Source of the DNA: Nemertoderma westbladi
Lineage: Eukaryota; Animalia; Xenacoelomorpha
Length of the DNA: 56,794 nucleotides
Assembly (NCBI GenBank): GCA_032718475.1
Contig: JAUCBJ010001911.1
Location: 1 to 56,794 of the forward strand
Direction: 5' to 3'
Shown: positions 1 through 10,500 of the stretch, in pieces
How positions within the stretch are numbered: the first letter of the stretch is position 1
Layout: each line of letters starts with the position of its first letter
The notes under the pieces: model-generated
Seen by the model: only the letters and a program-made list of their open reading frames with translations
Database searches by the model: none
Told to the model about the DNA's origin: nothing
Program-made: the position numbers and the translations under genes

Positions 1-44
1 TGTTGGACTGGACAGGGGGGGAAATCCCACAATTTCACAATAAT

Positions 45-495
45 TATGTGAAAATAGCAATAGTTTGTTTACGTCTTAATTTAGAAAGCTCAATTTAATT
101 TAATTGTTAAAAAAATGTAAAATATTAAAATATAATAAAGAAATACCTACATTGATCACAAAATAGTGTTTAAATAGAACCGTCACCGAATATTCTAAAA
201 ACGCGAAAATCGGAGTGGAGAGGAAGCGAGCAGAGTGGAGTAGGGGGGGCGGGCCGTACCTGAAATCGCGAAGGGCCTGAGCGCGTGGGCGCGAGGATTG
301 ATTCAAGGTAAGAACCCGGGCCTTAAATGTGCAGGAAATTACCACGAACAATACCTTGTGTACTAGTGAACGGAAAGTGAAGTACCGGCGCAGCGGTAAG
401 TCTCGTTTGCCTGACGTGAAATTCGGGCTCGGTTCAACCGTCTTCTTAAATCTTCAGCTCAGCAGCTCTCTTCATTTTTTTTCGATATTCTAGAA
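45..495. repeat. Dispersed GC-rich-core repeat family, copy 1 (unclassified)
   Basis: Core GAAGCGAGCAGAGTGGAGTAGGGGGGGCGGGCCGTACCTGAAATCGCGAAGGGCC...TTCAACCGTCTTC recurs in the same orientation at ~21520, ~23950, ~37140 and ~56350; boundaries approximate. Confidence 0.85.
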
Positions 496-654
496 CGCAT
501 TCCACGTCCGCTCCAAACAACCCAAGAATAAAATGCTTTGAAATTGTACCAAACTTATAGCTTTTCTAGGCTGGTGCACTGAATATAAAATTAATTGATT
601 TAAAATATTTATTTTATTTTATATTTATTTAATTTGATAAGTCACAAGTATTTT

Positions 655-1019
655 TACATTTATTATAGGAAGGGATCTAGGGGTCTTAACCTCGAATGAT
701 AAGTTTATTTTACCGAAAATAACTTATCTTTTATTGGCTGGTTGTAGTCTCGGCTTCCGCCTCGAGGTCCCAGGTTCGAATCCGACACCACGCTGATGAG
801 ACCCAGTAAGGTCGAAACGCGTACGTGGTTTGGAGAGATATGAGATATTAATTTCAAGAAAAATTACGCGATTCCTAAATTTGTACACTACCCGGTTAAA
901 AAGTACGCATGTGATGGGATTAGTCCCACAATTGCGCCAATAAAAGATAAGTTATTTTCGGTAAAATAAACTTATCATTCGAGGTTAAGACCCCTAGATC
1001 CCTTCCTATAATAAATGTA
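655..1019 (+). mobile_element. Putative non-autonomous Penelope-like/SINE unit: 84-bp perfect inverted repeats (655-738, 936-1019) around a tRNA-like head and a hammerhead ribozyme
   Basis: Arms are exact reverse complements; interior has B-box GGTTCGAATCC (773-783) followed directly by a hammerhead core. Confidence 0.7.
787..829 (+). ncRNA. Minimal type I hammerhead ribozyme
   Basis: Helix I ACCACG/CGTGGT, core CTGATGA (793-799), helix II GACC/GGTC with loop CAGTAA, GAAA (814-817), helix III reduced to palindrome ACGCGT, cleavage triplet GUA (821-823). Confidence 0.9.
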
Positions 1020-2687
1020 TAATAACAAACACCTCGAAAAATACAGCTTGCCAACACATTGTTACTATCAACAAGTATTTTTGCAATCTACAATAGTTTG
1101 TCTATCTACAATTGTTCGTCTAAAAACTTATGGGCCGACATTTTATTAACAGTGCGGTTGTTGCTACAGTGTAACAGACCAAGGAGAAGCACCACGGTTG
1201 GTATTGTGTATAGTTGCTAGGAAACACAGCATGGATGGCGGATTATCTTTCTATATAACTTATTGTTGTGGTATTCGTAGCATAGTAATAGTTACCAGGA
1301 AAGAGAGGTTTATGGGATATTCGGTAATTATAGAAAACTCTAATATTCTTTTTTTTCAAAGAGTTGTTATCTATGATTATTCTAGAATTGTAACAAACAT
1401 AATAAATATCAATAATTAATGAAAACTTAATATATTATGAAGACAATCTTATATAATTATAATTACGAAATTAAAATGAAATAACTACAAACATGTTTTT
1501 GTTACAATTATGTCAAATTAATAGAGCGATCCTAAATATCAACACCAAATAAAACACTCATCTCTTAGAAACAATTGACTTCTAGAATACGTCTTGAGTA
1601 TTCTACATTTCTCTAGCATGGATGATAGCCATTGCATTCCATGTGTAAGTAGCGTAAGTGTTGGTTGTAGTTCAATAAAAGGATCAATAATCTTTTCTGT
1701 AACATTAAACATTACAATTAAATTATTAAAGTGATTAATTAAATGTTCAGATCGCTGATAAGTTGACATATTCTAACAAAATTAGGTAAAAATACATAAA
1801 TGTCTGAAAAGGGCCAGTATTGAGAGTTTATGAACCATTTCTTATATTTATGTAAGTCCCCTTGATTCACCAGCGCGGTACATAAATACGTTTTGTGTCA
1901 CCGCAGCGCTCAAAGGTGATTTATCATTTTCAATTCCCTCTGGTGCAGATTTTTATGTGAATTGTAATGTTAACCTTACTCTGTTAATTAACTCCATGAT
2001 TAATTATATTACATTTACATATTGTTTGATCTTCTACAGTAGGTATGTTAGACCCTTCAGCTTTCTATGTGTTACCATATTTCACATCATGAGATATAGA
2101 CAAGATACATTTTTTTCATGCAATTTAATGATATTTATCTAGAGATTAATTACAGATTATCTTATCATATAGGAATGTTTGTTAAAAAGTTAACAAAATT
2201 AACTTGTTAAAGAATGTGAAAATTTATTTGACAAAATATCTGATCATATAATATTCAGGTAACTAGCCAATAGGATTAGCTCTTTCATAATCGACAACGC
2301 CGTAACTTAAATGGATATAATTTCTGCTTGTGGGTAGTTTTGTATTTTTTATTACTTTATGGGACTAACTTAGGGTAAAAAATTGGATTAAAAATAAATG
2401 TTAAAATTTCGTCGCCCTCTATCTGCCACAACCGTAAAATGTTAATTCACTATAAACATTTGGACATAATCTATAAATTTTGTTACAATGTAATAATTTT
2501 TATCAGTTAGATTCAATTGGATTCTTTACATTATTCATCTTATGGCGCGAATCTTTACTTATTATTTTTGAGATTCCAGATAATTAGTAATTTTTAGTTG
2601 TTAATTATATTACAAAAAATATGCAAATAACGCCAATCAGCCAATAATAATAAGCCAATCATATTTCATTCTCATCTAATAAATTCT

Positions 2688-3377
2688 TTATAATACAATA
2701 ACCAATAGGATGAGAGTAAGTAATATACTAGGGGTTACATTGGGTGAGATGGAGGTTGGGCCGTTCGGTTTAACTACATCTTCTCTAACACCAGTGGTTG
2801 TTATATCGGGTGCGATGGAGGTTGAGCCGTTAGGTTCAACTATATCTTTCCCTTCTTCAGGTGTTTGTTGTTGGTCCGATTCCGTATTAACCGCGCACTT
2901 GTGTATTTGTATTAATGGTTTCAGGCGTGTCCACTCATCATCGCCCTGCTTCTCTATCCGTATATACATCCAGTGTTTCCCAACCTCCCGTTTTATATAC
3001 TCCCCTTCCACTCTCTCACTAGTAACATGGACGTTAGTATAAGTAACTCTGATTACTACAGGTCGTCCCGAAACTGAAACTATTACACTAATATTAGTAT
3101 AACCGTCGGCTCGGTCCACGTTGTTTAATGTTCCTTCCTCGAAGTCCAACACAAATACAATATAATCGCCAATCCCGCCATGGAGCACTCTTATATCGTT
3201 GATGACTATATCGCTTGTGAGTTGATAACTTAATGTTAAGTTATCTCCCTCCTCCACACAGTTCTTACCAATAGGATCTTCTATGGTAAGTTTGGTAGAA
3301 TCGTAGGTGTAATTTATTCCGTGGCATAAAGATATCAGATGGATCAAAAGTAAGGCAGATATGTAAATCATTAACAT
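2688..3377 (-). CDS. Cell-surface protein, 229 aa: signal peptide, single Ig-like beta domain, Pro/Thr/Ser stalk, C-terminal GPI-type hydrophobic tail
   Basis: Hydrophobic leader ending LCHG; VEEGDNLTLSY resembles the Ig A'-B strand motif; two Cys bracket the domain; stalk repeat VxPNGxTSIxP twice; terminal SILLTLILLVIVL with no cytoplasmic tail; intact paralogue with frame-preserving indels. Confidence 0.85.
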   Translation of the reverse strand: MLMIYISALLLIHLISLCHGINYTYDSTKLTIEDPIGKNCVEEGDNLTLSYQLTSDIVINDIRVLHGGIGDYIVFVLDFEEGTLNNVDRADGYTNISVIVSVSGRPVVIRVTYTNVHVTSERVEGEYIKREVGKHWMYIRIEKQGDDEWTRLKPLIQIHKCAVNTESDQQQTPEEGKDIVEPNGSTSIAPDITTTGVREDVVKPNGPTSISPNVTPSILLTLILLVIVL

Positions 3378-3659
3378 GGTTGATTCTATTAAATATTAAT
3401 TATTTATATAAAAATTCAACTTTAAACTTCAAACAAATAAAATAATATAGGGTTCTGAAATAATAAAAATTTATAATCAAAAATATGTAATATTAATGAG
3501 ATAACAAATAATTATGTTTGGTTAAAAATATTATACGATCTTTATGGGCCCACTTAGTTACTATGGTTACCGCTAAGGGTTGCTGATAAATAATAGTGTA
3601 TATTAACAACCATGAACCATCACGACCACTATTATTAATTAACCATATTAGTAAAGGGC

Positions 3660-5181
3660 TATAAAATGTTGTACAAATACCGGGGAGGGGGGGGGGGGGG
3701 GGTCATATTGACACCCACCCCCCCAAAAAAAAGTATAAATTTGAGATGTCCAGTGAGCTGTTTTTATTGATTCCATCGGATTCAGGACCCTCATAAACCC
3801 GTTAACGCAATAGAAACAAGATGATACTAATCTATTGATATATTTGCAAAAAAAAATAAAAAAATATGAATTTTAAAAAATTTAGTGCTGTGACAAAACT
3901 TTTCAGCCACCGCTGAAAAATACAAGTTTGAGATGTCTTGTTAGATAATTATATATTCCATGAACGGATGAAGTTGTAGGCATTCACCATTTTTCTATCA
4001 TCTTTACACTATATATTCCATTGAATTAAAACCCCCATGAACCTATGAGATGCGAGCAAAAATTATTAGTCACAATCAATTGAACTGAATGGATTTTCAA
4101 AATTTCGCGCTTCACCAAATTTTGCACCGAGCACCGAAAAATACATTTTTGTTATGCCTGGTGCAACTCGTATATATTTCTTCGAAAACATAATCCCAAA
4201 AACCCTATTGCGCAAAAAATAAGTTCAACTCATTTTTAAAAATTTGGTGCTAGCTCCAAAATTTGGAATCCGCCGAAAAAATTATATGAATTTTTATATG
4301 AATTCCATCTAATTGCGAACATCAAAACCCGGTCTAAATAAAAAATATAGATGTTAGAAATCATATTTCATGAAATGTAATTTTGAAAAAAACGTCTCGA
4401 AAATGTGCCAAAAGTAGGGTTAAAAAATAGTGCTATACTCGAAAACTTATAATTCTCAACTGCGTTTGTTTTAGAGTTCGAACAAAAAACATTGAACACC
4501 CCCCCCCCCCTGTGTTTAACCCTTTCCATACCGCAGAACATAATATTGCATATGCCTGGTGGTCCATTCATTTTGATGTCCACCCTGGACAGTGGCTCAT
4601 ACGGGTGAGCCATCAATAAAACGAGAAATGTCAGCCTTAAATGACCAAGATTAGCATATCATTTTGATCAGAAGTAAAATAGAAATTTTCCAGGCTATCT
4701 AATTTGTACACCAGAATAACAGGACGAGCACTACGAGGCTTTTAAATGATACGAGTACTTATAGGGACAGAGCTAGTGAAGACATAACTAGTGAAATAAA
4801 AAGGCAGCATGATTGTCAAATTCACTAATCAAGCATAATAAACCGTGAAATGCTGCAGTTGGCGCTATTTATTAGTGTATACTACTGCTGTACAGTTAGT
4901 TAGTCTATACATTCTTCAATACTGCAGTGCTACTGAATTATATAGAAATGCATGACATCTTTCACTATTGGTAGGGACTGTCAGACAGCTGCTGAGTATA
5001 GGGATACTCATTTTACTTGTCCCAAATACCTAATGGGAGCATAGTAACACTTATCTGGCATCCCAGTCATACATAGGAAACCATAGAACATAATATAATA
5101 TCATGGCTCATACGGGTTTGCCACGGGAGGGTAGGTTGTGGTTCATACGGGTGTGCCCCGGTATGGAAAGGGTTAATAGGG
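3660..5181. mobile_element. piggyBac-type non-autonomous element (outer), right end ...TTAATAGGG followed by TTAA
   Basis: Same terminus seen inverted at 51877 (TTAA|CCCTATTAAAC-polyG) and a variant at ~7160-7176; left boundary uncertain. Confidence 0.55.
4520..5172. mobile_element. piggyBac-type MITE (inner), TIR CCCTTTCCATACCG, TTAA TSD
   Basis: TTAA(4516-4519)|CCCTTTCCATACCG ... CGGTATGGAAAGGG|TTAA(5173-5176). Confidence 0.85.
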
Positions 5182-5396
5182 TTAAGAACTAACTACTACC
5201 GGTCCGGGTATGGTTCATTACTTCATGGTTAATATAAACTACCCTTTCATTGTAGCGAGTGGTTAAAGACGGCCTAGTACTGTAAGGTTGAGTACAGCAG
5301 TGGTAGCAGATGGTGGTAATGGCAGATGGGACTTAATAAGGACGTAAATTGGGACATACAAGGTATCAGGTAGTATTTCCATGTCTTTTACCTGAG

Positions 5397-5570
5397 CCGC
5401 TACCGGTAGTTGAATGGTTAGAGCGTCAGTCTTCCATACGGAGGTCACCAGTTCGATCCCACCTGGACGTCAATGCCGACTATGTAAAACTGTGCCCAAC
5501 AAAACTTTATAATAATAAGAAACCACTCATTCACCCAAAACACTAACAATAAATTATAAAAACACTAATT
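5397..5570 (+). mobile_element. tRNA-derived SINE
   Basis: A-box-like TAGTTGAATGGTTAGAGC and B-box-like GTTCGATCCC, no acceptor stem, shared 3' body; copies at 18397 and 53657, inverted partial at ~19350-19460. Confidence 0.7.
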
Positions 5571-6269
5571 TACTTTTTTAACAATTAATCGTGCTTTAAT
5601 TTATATGATCGTTATTTACTTATTTTACAGGTGCCATAATGTTGGCTTAATAATGTTGGTTCAATACCAACTTGCCAGTTTGAGAATCTAAACTAAAAAA
5701 ATTAGAGTAACAGAAACTATTTCTAACTTAGATTAATGTGAATACAGACGATCCATAATAAATAGCCCATTTATAAAGGATTCCTGGAAGGATTGGTTGA
5801 ATTCAACCAGAACCCAACATTTATTTGAGTCCGACACACATCAAAACGACTTCTAAAAATAAACTGTCTAGACAGCCATCGCCCCATGACATTACTGTAT
5901 AAATTACGACATCTGGTGGCCGCGTACAGACAGACGAATAGCAGCCAATACACCCGCTAAGATAATACTTATCAGTTACAGTTAGTCAACAGGGCACAAC
6001 AAATAATTTATAGTGCATTGAATCGAATGTGACGTAATTACGGTATATCACGTTCACCAAACATGAGTGAGACGTGACAGATACAGTACTGTAGCTTTAC
6101 CCAAATAGCTAAATCGTTATAGCCAACACGCAGTTTATTATATATTAACTTTAACTTTCAGTTTAGAAAATTTGCAACTTTTATGGAGAGGAGTTTATCT
6201 CATTTCACATTTATTAACCTCTCTTATTAAAAATAAAACACAACATATCAGAAACTCGAGCAGACTATC

Positions 6270-6760
6270 ATTGCATTGTGATGATAATAGGAAATGATAT
6301 ATTGAACGCACATCGCGTTTGGGAAACTAAAGCAACTAATTGGAGACTCTTATTCCAACAGTATGGTAGGCCTTCTCGGTTGGTATACTCGGTTCCCTGC
6401 AGGATGGTAATCCCGATACTAATGTTGGTTTACAGCCTTATAAATCTCGAAAGAGACGTGATGAGATCGAGAGGACGGGAGACGAGGGAGACCACGATAT
6501 ATATTCAACGACTATATTCTACACGTACGAGCGTAGCGAGGACAGAGATAGGTTGAGGGTGTTCTGTAACGGGACGACGTGTAGAATCAAACCGCGAATG
6601 TTGGATATTATTTAGCAGACGAACTGAGAGCCCAAGAAATAATAGAGCGAACCACTAAACAACTAGACAATGGTCACTATGAGATTGGAATGTTGTGGCG
6701 ACGCAAACCGAAACAATCTTAAAGAACGACTTCCAGCCCACCTTCAAAAGACTACTCACT
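6270..6760 (+). pseudogene. Degenerate BEL/Pao pol relic (protease end to pre-RT region)
   Basis: Translates to MIIGNDILNAHRVWETK and RAQEIIERTTKQLDNGHYEIGMLWR, matching MLIGTDQFNLHQVWETR and NGHYEVGMLWR in the 2035-aa ORF. Confidence 0.8.
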
Positions 6761-7545
6761 GTCAGATCACTTTTTTCACTTTGTTATTTTTAATTAAAAA
6801 ATAAAACTTGAGTTGCCTAAACTAATAGATACTCTGAATTTAAAGTTACTTTCTACAGATTTCAAACCCGCCCATGTTGCGGATTTTTCATTGGGTTAAT
6901 GTTAATTGTTAGATAAAAAATATAGTTGTTACAAATCATATTTCATGAAATGTAATTTTGAAAAAAACGTTTCGAAAATGTGCCAAAAGTTACAAAATAG
7001 TGCTATAACTCGAAAACTTCAAATATGTTTAAAAACCCTTTTTCACTAAACGAAGGCAATGGATCTTTAGGAAAAGTCATAAAATATCAGATCCCCAACT
7101 GTGTTTGTTTCAGAGTTCCAAAAAAAACCACAATATTGCCCCCCCCCCCCCCCCGTGTTTAATACAGTAGGGTTAAGAACAAACTACAGTAGGCCTACTA
7201 CCGGTATAGTTCATTTCTTCATGGTTAATATAAACTACCCTTTCATTGAGGCGAGTGGTTAAAGACGGCCAAGTACTGTAGGGCTGAGTACAACAGTGGC
7301 AGCAGGATGGTGGTAATGGCAGATGGGACTTAATGCGGACGTAAATTGCGGACATACAAGGTATCAGGTAGTATTTCTGTGATACATAAGGGTACTACCC
7401 TCCATGTTCACATATAAAGACAATGGAATTCCACCGCTGTCTCTATCTACAGTGAAGAGGATTACGAATGCACATACAGTAATACAAATACTAAATTACT
7501 AAAATACGGTAGGTCTATGTGGCGGCCAACAAAGGTCCCACATCT

Positions 7546-10500
7546 CTATTTACTAAGATTGGGTGGAGATTTGTAGTCTCCTGACTCGTTTCTAGTCTCC
7601 TCAAGGAGCACGAGACGTTGTACAGGTCTGTCTACGGTACGTCCGTTGATAGTCCTTACAGTAACTGTCCTCACTACACCAGATGTAGGGTGCGTGGTCA
7701 AAATGACTCCAGTCAGCCAAAACCGTCTTTTCAGATTGGCTTCAGCCAATAAAACGTGGTCACCGCGTCTCAAACATCGGGTATTAAGATACCAAGAGGT
7801 TCTGGTCGAAATAGAGGGCAAATAATATTTCTGCCATATTTCCCAGAATTTATTTGCAAGCAATTGAGTGATTTTCCAAGCTTTGTTGCCGTATCCGTCA
7901 CTATCAACGGGTACCGAAATGGGCAACAATGTCGTCGGCGCCTGCATAAGCAGGTGCGCTGGTGTCAAGGCAAACTGTGTGTCGTTATTGTCTGGGATCA
8001 AAGCGATCGGTCTAGTGTTCAAAATCGCTTCGATTTCTATTAACAACGTCGTCAGTTGGTCGTCTGTCAGTATGTGTTGCGTCGGTACGACTTTAGCCAT
8101 AGCTGTCTTAATTGAACCAATCAGCCTTTCCCAAACGCCGCCTCTCCACGGACTGTCTGGAGTATTAAAATACCAAACAATTCGGTGAGAACGTAGTTCC
8201 TCGGAAATCTGGTTTTGGTCCAACCTTTTCAAAGCTCTGGTTATCTCGTTCCGTGCACCCACAAAGTTTGTCCCTTGGTCACAGTAAATGGATTTGACCA
8301 ATCCACGTCTAGCGATAAATCGCCGTAAGGCTAGGATAAAGGAATTGGTGGTCAAATCTGTCACTCGCTCTATATGGACAGCTCTGCTGGCCATGCAAGT
8401 GAAGATCAATCCCCAACGTTTTACCTGTACCCTTCCGCGTTTCGCGATTATGGGTCCAAAACAGTCTATCCCTGTCTCAGTGAAAGGGGGTCTAAATGCC
8501 TGTAATCTCGCTAGTGGTAGTTCACTCATTTCTTGGTGTCCTATCCTCGCGTGCACCTTCTTACAAATCATACAGTTCCGTGTTACCGAACTCAGTGCCT
8601 TACTAGGTCTAATCAGTACAAACCTCGAGCGTAAGTGTGATAGACAGTGGTGTCTACCCACGTGTTTGAGTTGTACATGTGCGTCCAGTATCATAGCGCG
8701 CTGTAATTCATGGTGTTGCGGTATGATGATAGGATACCTAAAGTCAAGTGCAAAATCGATGTTTTGGAGTCTGGACTTGTGACAAAGTAAGCCCCGGTAA
8801 ATAATCGGACTCCAACTCAAAATCGGTGAAGACTTAATCTGTTTACCTTGGTTGATCGCTGTGAACTCTCGTGCGAAATATCGCAATTGATAATGTCTAA
8901 TGATATCAACTTCACAATGGCCAACTTCCTTTAAGGTAAGTCTTCTAGGAAAGTCGCGTTTGCCTCTGGCATATTGTCTCAATCGTTTGAGCCATGCTAA
9001 CTTGCGGCACGCGTCAGTCCATGATCTAGTTAGGTTTACTATCCGGTATACGTAAGTGTTAGTGACGTCATCAGGTAAGGTATAGTCGTATTGTGGATAC
9101 TTGTCTGGACTTGGTAGGCCCACGGGCCTTCCGGTAGGTTTGTCTGAGTCCCCAAGTACGTCAATCTTTACGGTCTTACCTTTACCGTCCGCACCTAATG
9201 TGTCGACTGGCAGTAACGGTTTCAACTCTACAGTACCAGTGTGTTCCTGTGAGCCTGTAAGCTTCCTAACCTTAGTCACACGTTTCACTGTAGGTGGTAA
9301 GTCAAGTACTTTCTTCGAGCGGAGTGTGATCGCTGTGGCCACACATTTGTCGTCCAAAGAAGTCAAATTCGGTAAGTCTCTAAATGTCCGCTCCAATGGG
9401 TCTTTTAATGGAGTGTCTAGTAGACAGTCTGGTGAAGCGTCCGGTGAACAGTCTGGCGAGACGTCTGGTGAGACATAGCGCGGAACTTCCAGCGAAATGT
9501 CTTGTCGTCGGTCCCAAGGTCTGTCTGGCGTAACTTCTAGCAGAAAGTCTGGTCCAAAGTCTGGTCTAAAGTCTGGTGGACAGTCTGTCGAGATGTCTGG
9601 TGGAAAGTCTGGTGAGACGTCCGGTAGAGATTCTGTCGAGAGTTCCATCAAACAGTCTGGCGAACAATCCGGAGAACAATCTGGTGTCGCTTCTGGTGAA
9701 TAATCTGGCGAGTAATCTGGTGAACAATCCGGCGAAACGTCTGGTGAAATCTCCCGCGGAACATCCGGCGAAGGATTCGTACAAGCGTCTGGTCGAGTGT
9801 CTGGTGAGACGTCTGGCGTAATGTCAGGTCTGGCGTCCAGGTCATCAGATTTCGTCCGTCCTTGTTTCCTCTTGACCTTGGCGTTGGCTTTCGCTTTGGA
9901 CTTGACAACCTTGTCGATTTTTATCTCGGCACCCTCTGGTATGGTGTTGGTTGTCGCGTCGAATAACTGTGGCCATTCGTCTGATGGTCGCTGTAGGAAG
10001 TCGGGTCCTCTAAACCAAAAGGATTTATTGTCCGGTTTACAAAAGTCAAGCGGTTGCATCCCCCGTGATGCGATGTCAGCTGGGTTCAGCTTCCCTGGAC
10101 AGTGACGCCAATCTTGTTTGAGCGACCGGTCTAGTATTTCAGCACGTCTGTTGGCTACGAAAGTCTTGAACTCAAACGCTTCGTTGTTTATGTACCAAAG
10201 TACCAACGTTGCATCCGTCCAATATGTGACCTTCAAGTTAGCCTCCAGCTCGCGTTGAACTAGACTGACAATATCTGTGGATATCGTCCCGGCTTGCAGC
10301 TCTCCATGAGGTACAGTCATATACTTCAATGGCATTGTTCTAGCCTTTGAAGTAACGAGAGACACATCATAGCTGTCCGATGTCACTTGTCGTCTAAGAT
10401 ATAAGGTAACCCCCAATCCATCCTTGCTAGCGTCACTAAAGCTGTGAAGCTCTAAATCAGCAGGAAAGGTGGTTTGCAAAGGAAAGTATACCCTCGGTAT

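Larger units (their letters stand above)
2150..6910 (+). repeat. Segmental duplication, copy A (direct paralogue of ~49570-55250)
   Basis: Collinear matches through the gene 3' flank, CDS, 5' flank, MITE end, SINE and BEL relic; the middle is rearranged in copy B. Confidence 0.9.

Noticed and set aside
100-351. Recurrent MFVVISCTFK ORFs as a gene family
   Set aside because: They are translations of the dispersed repeat with non-ATG starts and variable ends
296-370. TTCAAG|GTAAGA as a spliced-leader RNA gene in the dispersed repeat
   Set aside because: No Sm-binding site (RAU4-6GR) downstream and no convincing SL stem-loops
3378-3430. AAAGTTGA upstream of the surface gene as a giant-virus early promoter, implying viral origin
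   Set aside because: Imperfect match to AAAATTGA in very AT-rich DNA, and no viral hallmark genes nearby
5397-5472. Functional tRNA-Gly(TCC) gene
   Set aside because: Acceptor and T stems do not pair; copies share a long 3' body and vary at the anticodon, consistent with a SINE
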